Of a stretch of DNA of 41,951 nt, positions 36,183 through 41,951 are shown piece by piece (the stretch's first letter is position 1; every line of letters begins with the position of its first letter). Both the position numbers and the translations under genes were made by a program. Source of the DNA: Actinomycetales bacterium (GTDB taxonomy: Bacteria; Actinomycetota; Actinomycetes; Actinomycetales; CAVURS01); the NCBI GenBank assembly GCA_045807245.1, contig JBJMHS010000016.1, positions 1-41,951 on the forward strand, given 5' to 3'. The notes below the pieces were generated by a model, which did no database searches, had not been told where the DNA came from, and saw only the letters and a program-made list of their open reading frames with translations.

Positions 36183-36865
36183 GGCGCACCCCTCGGAGCG
36201 GCCCGACGAGCCACCCGAGCGGCGTGCACCCCCGCGCCGTAGCCGTTGTCGATGTTCACCACCACGATCCCCGGCGCGCAGCTGTTGAGCATCGCCATCA
36301 TCGCGGCCAGCCCGCCGGTGCCGGTGCCGTAGCCGATGCTGGTCGGCACCGCTACGAGCGGTACGCCGGTCAGCCCGCCGACCACGCTGGGCAAGGCCCC
36401 CTCCATGCCGGCCACGACGACCAGGCAGTCGGCGCTCGTCAGGCGGTCCTGGACGGCGAGCAGGCGGTGCAGGCCCGCAACCCCGACGTCCTCGATCCGG
36501 TCCACGGCCGTTCCGTGCACCCGGGCGGTCAGCGCAGCCTCCGCGGCGACCGGACCGTCGGACGTGCCGGCCGAGACCACCGCGACCGTGCCGCGCGTGG
36601 CCGGCAGCGGCCCGAGCGTCGCGGCTCGCGCCACGTCGTCGATCTCGGCGCCCGGGAGCGCTGCCCGCACGGCCGCGCGGGCCGCGTCGTCCAGCCGCGT
36701 GGCCAGGACGGCCCGCTCGGGATGGCGCGTTCCCAGCGCCAGCAGCGTGGTGACGATCTGCTCCGGCGTCTTGCCCGCGCCGTACACGACCTCGGGGTCG
36801 CCCGTCCGGCGCTCGCGGTCGACGTCGAGCCGCGCGAAACCGATGTCGAGCACGCCGTCGTCCAC
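36179..36865 (-). CDS. larB: Nickel-pincer cofactor biosynthesis protein LarB (PurE-like NaAD carboxylase/hydrolase)
   Basis: FARLD.DR..RTG.PEVVYG.GKT, AGTSD.PVA.EA, DVGVAGLHRL, AGMEGALPSVVGGL, VPTSIGYG, MLNSCAPG..VVNIDNGYGA. GTG 36865. Confidence 0.93.
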   Translation of the reverse strand: MDDGVLDIGFARLDVDRERRTGDPEVVYGAGKTPEQIVTTLLALGTRHPERAVLATRLDDAARAAVRAALPGAEIDDVARAATLGPLPATRGTVAVVSAGTSDGPVAAEAALTARVHGTAVDRIEDVGVAGLHRLLAVQDRLTSADCLVVVAGMEGALPSVVGGLTGVPLVAVPTSIGYGTGTGGLAAMMAMLNSCAPGIVVVNIDNGYGAGVHAARVARRAAPRGAP

Positions 36866-36904
36866 CCGGGAAAGCCTAGTTGTCAGGACGGCTAGCCTTC
36901 CTGC

Positions 36905-37885
36905 GTGGCAGACCCGGCGACGTCCAGCGACCTGCGTTACGGCTACTTCGGCCCGCGCGGAACGTTCAGCGAGATGGCGCTGGCGACGGTGCCGGGCGCC
37001 GGCCTGGCCCAGGCGGAGGCCATCTCGACCGTGGACGCGGCGCTGGCCGCCGTACGGTCCGGGTCGGTGGACGCGGTCATGGTGCCGATCGAGAACTCGG
37101 TGGAGGGCGGCGTCACCGCGACCCTGGACGCGCTCGCGACCGGCGAACCGCTGGTGATTCTGCGCGAGGCGCTGGTGCCGATCACCTTCGTGCTGGCGGC
37201 GCGGGCCGGCGTACGGGTCGAAGACGTACGCCGGGTGGGCTCGCATCCGCATGCGTGGGCCCAGTGCCGCGGCTGGGCCGCCCGGACGCTGCCCCAGGCG
37301 GTCTACGTCCCGACCCTGTCGACGGCGTCCGCCGCGGCCGGGCTGGCCGACGGCGCCGAGGAGCGCGCGTCGTACGACGCGGCCTTGTGCGCGCCGATCG
37401 CGGCCGACATCAACCGGTTGTCGGTGCTGGCGCACGACGTCGGCGACAACCCGAGCGCGGTGACCCGCTTCGTCCTGGTCGCGCGGCCGGGCCCGGTGCC
37501 GGCCCCGACCGGTGCGGACAAGACGACGCTGGTGGCGTACCAGACCGACGACCATCCGGGCGGCCTGGTCGAGATGCTCGAGCAGTTCGCCGTGCGCGGG
37601 GTGAACCTGACCCGGCTCGAGTCGCGGCCGACCGGCGACGCGCTCGGGCAGTACTGCTTCTCCATCGACTGCGAGGGCCACATCGCCGAGGCGCGCGTCG
37701 GCGAGGCGCTGATGGGCCTGCACCGGACGTGCGCCCGGGTGACGTTCCTGGGGTCGTACCCCCGGGCTGTCGCGCCCGGGCGGGTCAACGGCTCGACGTC
37801 GCCGAGCCGTCGGCCCGGCACCTCGGAGGCCGACTTCACCGCGGCGCACGAGTGGATCGCCAAGCTCCGCGCCGGCGGCGCCTAG
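36905..37885 (+). CDS. pheA: Prephenate dehydratase
   Basis: YFGPRGTFSE, VPIENSVEGGV, SHPHA.AQC, TRF motif, ACT domain PGGL...GVNLTRLESRP. Confidence 0.95.
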   Translation: MADPATSSDLRYGYFGPRGTFSEMALATVPGAGLAQAEAISTVDAALAAVRSGSVDAVMVPIENSVEGGVTATLDALATGEPLVILREALVPITFVLAARAGVRVEDVRRVGSHPHAWAQCRGWAARTLPQAVYVPTLSTASAAAGLADGAEERASYDAALCAPIAADINRLSVLAHDVGDNPSAVTRFVLVARPGPVPAPTGADKTTLVAYQTDDHPGGLVEMLEQFAVRGVNLTRLESRPTGDALGQYCFSIDCEGHIAEARVGEALMGLHRTCARVTFLGSYPRAVAPGRVNGSTSPSRRPGTSEADFTAAHEWIAKLRAGGA

Positions 37886-37904
37886 CCGAGCCGGCGAGGT
37901 ACGA

Positions 37905-39005
37905 CTAGGCGGCCAGGGCTTCGGCGGGAGGTACCGCCTGAGCCGGCTCGGGGGCCCGCACGACGAGGGCGAGCCGATCCAGGCGGATGTCCACCCGCCG
38001 CACCTCGGCCACGACGTCGCCGTCGACCTGCACGGGCTGCGGCTCCTCCATCGCGATCTGCAGCCGCCGGCAGCGCCGGTGCTCGACCCGCTCGTGTCCG
38101 GACCGGCGCCGGGTCAGCACCCGCCCGGCCACCGCGGTCCACCCGACGACGCCATGCGGCGACAGGGTCAGCGTGTCGAGGTAGCCGTCGTCGGCGCGGG
38201 CCTCGGGCATGAGGTTGATCCCGCCGCCGATCCGGCCCACGTTGCCGGCCAGAACGGTCCGCACCCGGCGGGCAATGGGTGCTTCACCGTCGAACGACAG
38301 CCGGACCCGCATCTGCGGTCCGCGGAGGTTCCGCGCGCCGGCCGCGACGTAGGCGAGGTAGCCGATGCGCTCCTTCATCGCGTCCTGGACGTCGGCCATG
38401 ATGGCCGCGTCGAAACCCAGCCCGGCCATCACCAGGAAGGCCAGCTCACGCGGCCGCTCGTCCTCCCCGGTCACGTCGAGCGTGCAGCGTCCGACGTCGA
38501 TCGGCATGTCTCGTCCGGACAACGCGACGCGTACGGCGGAGTGCAGGTCCAGCGGCAGAGAGAGGTTGCGCGCCAACAGGTTTCCCGTGCCGGCCGCGAC
38601 TACGCCCAAGGGCACGCCGGTGCCGGCCAGCGTCGAGCCCACCACGCGCACCGTTCCGTCACCGCCGAACGCGCAGATGACGTCGGCGCCGGCCTTGACG
38701 GCCGCTCGCGTCTGACCCTCGCCCGGGTCCTCGACCGTCGTCTCATACCAGGTGGGTTCGGCCCAGCCGGCCTGCGTGCAGATCGCGGCCACCACCGTTC
38801 GGGTCACGGGGAGGTCGTCGACCTTCGTGGGGTTGACGACGAACGCGATGCGCGGGCGCAGCTCGAGGGCCTCGGCGAACGGGAGCCGGGTGTCCTGGTG
38901 GCGGGGCCGCTGACGGCGAGTGCGCAGCAGCCGTGCGGCCAGGGCGGCGGCCAGCAGGGCGGCGGCCAGAGCCACGACGAGCAGCATCACCTCCGGCGTC
39001 GTCAC
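37905..39005 (-). CDS. Diacylglycerol/lipid kinase family protein with N-terminal TM anchor
   Basis: VVNPTK, GGDGTV, GTGNLLARNL, AGLGFDA, QVDGD. Confidence 0.9.
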   Translation of the reverse strand: MTTPEVMLLVVALAAALLAAALAARLLRTRRQRPRHQDTRLPFAEALELRPRIAFVVNPTKVDDLPVTRTVVAAICTQAGWAEPTWYETTVEDPGEGQTRAAVKAGADVICAFGGDGTVRVVGSTLAGTGVPLGVVAAGTGNLLARNLSLPLDLHSAVRVALSGRDMPIDVGRCTLDVTGEDERPRELAFLVMAGLGFDAAIMADVQDAMKERIGYLAYVAAGARNLRGPQMRVRLSFDGEAPIARRVRTVLAGNVGRIGGGINLMPEARADDGYLDTLTLSPHGVVGWTAVAGRVLTRRRSGHERVEHRRCRRLQIAMEEPQPVQVDGDVVAEVRRVDIRLDRLALVVRAPEPAQAVPPAEALAA

Positions 39006-39066
39006 CGCGCCGACGCTAGCGGCCCGGGCGGGGCCGAGCAGGTCCGGGCCTCGCTAGGCTCGACCG

Positions 39067-40344
39067 GTGATCGACCTTCGGTTGCTGCGTGAGGATCCCG
39101 ACGCCGTACGGGCCAGCCAGCGCGCCCGCGGCGAGGACGAGGGGCTCGTGGATGCCGCCCTGGCGGCCGACCTGCGCCGCCGTACCTCGCTCGCCGACTT
39201 CGAGCGGCAGCGCGCGGAGCAGAAGGCGTTCGGCAAGCAGGTCGCGCAGGCCAGTGGCGAGCAGAAGGCCCATCTGGTGCACCAGGCCAAGCAGCTGGCC
39301 GAGGGCGTCAAGGCGGCCGAGGCCGAGGCGAACGCTGCCGAGGTGGAGCTGGCCGCCCTGATGCGGCGGCTGCCCAACGTGGTCGAGCCGGGCGTCCCCC
39401 CGGGCGGCGAGGAGAACTTCGCGCTCATCCGTGAGGTGGGGACGCCGCGCGACTTCGGGGCCGAGGGGTTCGCGCCCAAGGATCACATGGAGCTCGGTGA
39501 AGCCCTCCGCGCGATCGACACCAAGCGCGGCGCCAAGGTCAGCGGTGCGCGGTTCTACTACCTCACCGGCGTCGGCGCGCGGCTCGAGCTCGGTCTGCTC
39601 AACCTGGCCATGCAGCAGGCGGTCGACACGGGGTTCATCCCCTCGATCACGCCCACCCTGGTGCGGCCGGAGGTGATGGCCGGCGCGGGGTTCCTGGACG
39701 CGCACGCGGACGAGGTCTACCGGCTCGAGCTCGACGACCTGTACCTCACGGGCACGTCGGAGGTCGCGCTCGCCGGCTACCACGCCGACGAGATCCTGGA
39801 CCTCGGCGACGGCCCGATCCGGTACGCCGGGTGGTCGGCCTGCTACCGGCGGGAGGCCGGCAGCTACGGCAAGGACACGTCCGGGATCATCCGGGTGCAC
39901 CAGTTCCACAAGGTGGAGATGTTCGTGTACTGCCGGGTCGAGGACGCGGTCGAGCAGCATCAGCGGCTGCTCGCGTTCGAGGAGGAGATGCTGGCCAAGG
40001 TCGAGGTACCGTACCGCGTCATCGACGTCGCCGCGGGGGACCTCGGGGGGCCGGCGGCGCGCAAGTTCGACTGCGAGGGCTGGGTGCCGAGCCAGGGCCG
40101 CTACCGGGAGCTGACGTCGACGAGCAACTGCACGACGTACCAGGCGCGCCGGCTCGGCACCCGCGAACGCGACCCGCATCGGGAGGGCCAGAACCGCATC
40201 GTCGCGACGCTCAACGGCACGCTGGCCACGACCCGCTGGCTCGTCGCGATCCTGGAGAACCACCAGCAGCCCGACGGGTCCGTGCTCGTGCCGAAGGCGC
40301 TGCAGCCGTACGTCGGTCTCGACGTCCTGTCGCCCGTCGGCTGA
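39067..40344 (+). CDS. serS: Serine--tRNA ligase
   Basis: MIDL..LR N-terminal coiled coil, [55 protein letters not shown]. Confidence 0.97.
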   Translation: MIDLRLLREDPDAVRASQRARGEDEGLVDAALAADLRRRTSLADFERQRAEQKAFGKQVAQASGEQKAHLVHQAKQLAEGVKAAEAEANAAEVELAALMRRLPNVVEPGVPPGGEENFALIREVGTPRDFGAEGFAPKDHMELGEALRAIDTKRGAKVSGARFYYLTGVGARLELGLLNLAMQQAVDTGFIPSITPTLVRPEVMAGAGFLDAHADEVYRLELDDLYLTGTSEVALAGYHADEILDLGDGPIRYAGWSACYRREAGSYGKDTSGIIRVHQFHKVEMFVYCRVEDAVEQHQRLLAFEEEMLAKVEVPYRVIDVAAGDLGGPAARKFDCEGWVPSQGRYRELTSTSNCTTYQARRLGTRERDPHREGQNRIVATLNGTLATTRWLVAILENHQQPDGSVLVPKALQPYVGLDVLSPVG

Positions 40345-40351
40345 GCGGACG

Positions 40352-41170
40352 TTGCCTCATCCGGAGCGGCTGGTCGCGCTCGACGTCGACGGGACGCTGG
40401 TCGACTTCGACGACACCATGTCCCAGGCGGTGCGCACCGAGGTGCGGCGGATCGCCGAGCTTCCTGGCACGCATGTCGTCATCGCGACCGGACGGTCGCT
40501 GATCGGGCTGCTGCCCGTCATGGACCGCCTCGAGCTGTCCGACGGGTACGCCATCTGCAGCAACGGCGCCGTGACGCTGCGCGTCTCGCCGCAGGGCCGG
40601 TCCGGTGGCGAACCCGGGACGCCGTCGTACGACATCGTCGAGCAGGTGACGTTCGACGCGGGGCCGGCGGTGCGGCTGCTGCGCGAGCATCTGCCGGACG
40701 CGCGGTTCGCGGTCGAGGTGCTGGGCGTCGGCTACCGGGTGCACGGCAGCTTCCCCGACGGCGAGCTGAACGGGCTGATCGAGGAGGTGAGCTTCGAGGA
40801 GCTGACCTCGGTCCCGGTCAGCCGGGTGGTCGTCCGGAGCCCGTCGCACACCCCCGAGCACTTCCTCGAGCTGGTGGCGCGGATCGGCCTGCACGGGGTG
40901 TCGTACGCGGTCGGCTGGACCGCCTGGCTGGACCTGGCGCCCGAGGGGGTCACCAAGGCGAGCGGGCTGGAGTCGGTACGGCGCGCGCTCGGAGTGCAGC
41001 CCGACTCGACGTACGCGGTGGGGGACGGGCGCAACGACATCGAGATGTTGCAGTGGGCGGCTCACGGCGCCGCGATGGCGAGCGCGCCACCAGAGGTTCT
41101 CGCGCTGGCCGACGAGGTGCTGCCGGACGTGACCGAGGACGGCCTCGTACATCTGCTGCGCCGCCTGTAG
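40352..41170 (+). CDS. Cof-type HAD-IIB hydrolase
   Basis: ALDVDGTL, IATGRS, CSNGA, GVTKASG, VGDGRNDIEML. Confidence 0.92.
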   Translation: MPHPERLVALDVDGTLVDFDDTMSQAVRTEVRRIAELPGTHVVIATGRSLIGLLPVMDRLELSDGYAICSNGAVTLRVSPQGRSGGEPGTPSYDIVEQVTFDAGPAVRLLREHLPDARFAVEVLGVGYRVHGSFPDGELNGLIEEVSFEELTSVPVSRVVVRSPSHTPEHFLELVARIGLHGVSYAVGWTAWLDLAPEGVTKASGLESVRRALGVQPDSTYAVGDGRNDIEMLQWAAHGAAMASAPPEVLALADEVLPDVTEDGLVHLLRRL

Positions 41171-41253
41171 CGTGCCACGAGGCGGTCGCCGGGCCGCCTG
41201 CTCCTGCCTCACCCCTGCCGCGCGACGGCGCGCGACCTGGCCCTGGAGGACAC

Positions 41254-41478
41254 ATGGCGGTATCGGCGAACCTGGCGAAGGCTCTCGACAAGGCCTACGA
41301 GGACAAGACCGTGGGCGAGATCCTCGACGCTCCGGTGTCCGCGATCTCCGGCCTGAGCGAGGGCGACGCTGCGCTGCTGGACCAGGCGTTCGGCATCAAG
41401 ACGGTGCGCGACCTGGGGAGCAACAAGTACTTCGCTGTCGCCGGGGTCCTGGTCGCGCTGTCCAACCACGAGGGCTGA
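41254..41478 (+). CDS. Small conserved hypothetical protein (74 aa)
   Basis: GGAGG SD, GC-rich third codon positions; LDKAYEDK...ILDAPVSAISGLSE.DA.LL..AFGIKTVRDLG.NKYF. Confidence 0.78.
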   Translation: MAVSANLAKALDKAYEDKTVGEILDAPVSAISGLSEGDAALLDQAFGIKTVRDLGSNKYFAVAGVLVALSNHEG

Positions 41479-41516
41479 CGGGCTGCGGCTCAGGCCACTG
41501 ACTCGCTGCTGAGTAC

Positions 41517-41951
41517 TTGAAGCTGCTGGCGACCGACCTCGACGGGACGCTCGTCGGCCCTTCCGGCCTGCTGTCACCGCGCACCCGGGCGGCCCTCGAC
41601 GCCTGCGAGGCGGCCGGCGTACCGGTCGTGTTCGTGACCGGCCGGCCACCGCGGTGGCTGGGCCGCCTGTCCGAGGGCCGCACGGGCGCGGCGATCTGCG
41701 CGAACGGCGCCTTGGTGGTCGACCTGCGCTCGCAGTCGGTGCTCGAGGCGACGACGTTCGCGCCCGAGACCGTGCTCGACGTGGCCACCCGGATGCGGAG
41801 CGCGCTGCCCGGTGCGACGTTCGCGCTGGAGACGCTCGAGGGGTTCGCGATGGAGTCGCTGTACGTGCGGCGGTACGACATCGGCCCGGCCCGGGTGGGC
41901 GACCTCGTGGACCTGGTCGCGGACGGTCCGGAGGTGGTGAAGATCCTGCTG
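41517..41951 (+). CDS. Second Cof-type HAD hydrolase (3' end runs off the window)
   Basis: Not in the ORF track. TTG start: MKLLATDLDGTLV...VVFVTGRPPRW...AICANGA. Confidence 0.88.
   Translation, partial: MKLLATDLDGTLVGPSGLLSPRTRAALDACEAAGVPVVFVTGRPPRWLGRLSEGRTGAAICANGALVVDLRSQSVLEATTFAPETVLDVATRMRSALPGATFALETLEGFAMESLYVRRYDIGPARVGDLVDLVADGPEVVKILL

Noticed and set aside
39006..39066. T-box or attenuator for serS
   Set aside because: 61-bp gap with a -10 element 6 nt before the start; the gene appears leaderless.
184..41881. Numerous long Arg/Pro/Gly-rich alternative-frame and antisense ORFs (e.g. 1295..3088, 13870..15738, 28717..30435, 39016..40263)
   Set aside because: Expected in high-GC DNA; they overlap genes with clear motifs and show none of their own.

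Overview
High-GC actinobacterial chromosome segment, densely coding, about 40 genes. No rRNA, tRNA, CRISPR array, transposase or integrase was recognised. (1) 1-12788 is an amine/polyamine-type catabolic island: acyl-CoA dehydrogenase, DAO-family FAD oxidoreductase, ADP-forming acyl-CoA ligase, BetI-like TetR, PotABCD-like ABC importer, class-III aminotransferase and a Rieske oxygenase alpha subunit. Four copies of one palindromic site (ACTGA-N4-TCAGT) tie it together. (2) 13571-15708 is a coupled three-gene operon of unknown function: a small Tat-signal protein, a DUF4331 protein with no signal peptide, and a His-rich protein. (3) 18225-21104 is an alkylation/oxidative repair block: Fpg/Nei converging on DUF4184-ECF sigma-Ogt. 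(4) 24837-30570 is an envelope glycosylation block: GT2, two GT-C mannosyltransferase-like proteins and a large phosphatase-fold membrane protein. (5) 32486-34934 is a second small TetR regulon with its own palindromic operator. (6) The rest is housekeeping or metabolic: arcA, trpB2, larBC, pheA, serS, HAD hydrolases. A REP-like palindromic element occurs twice, and many genes appear leaderless. All family calls come from reading motifs by eye; no database search was run.
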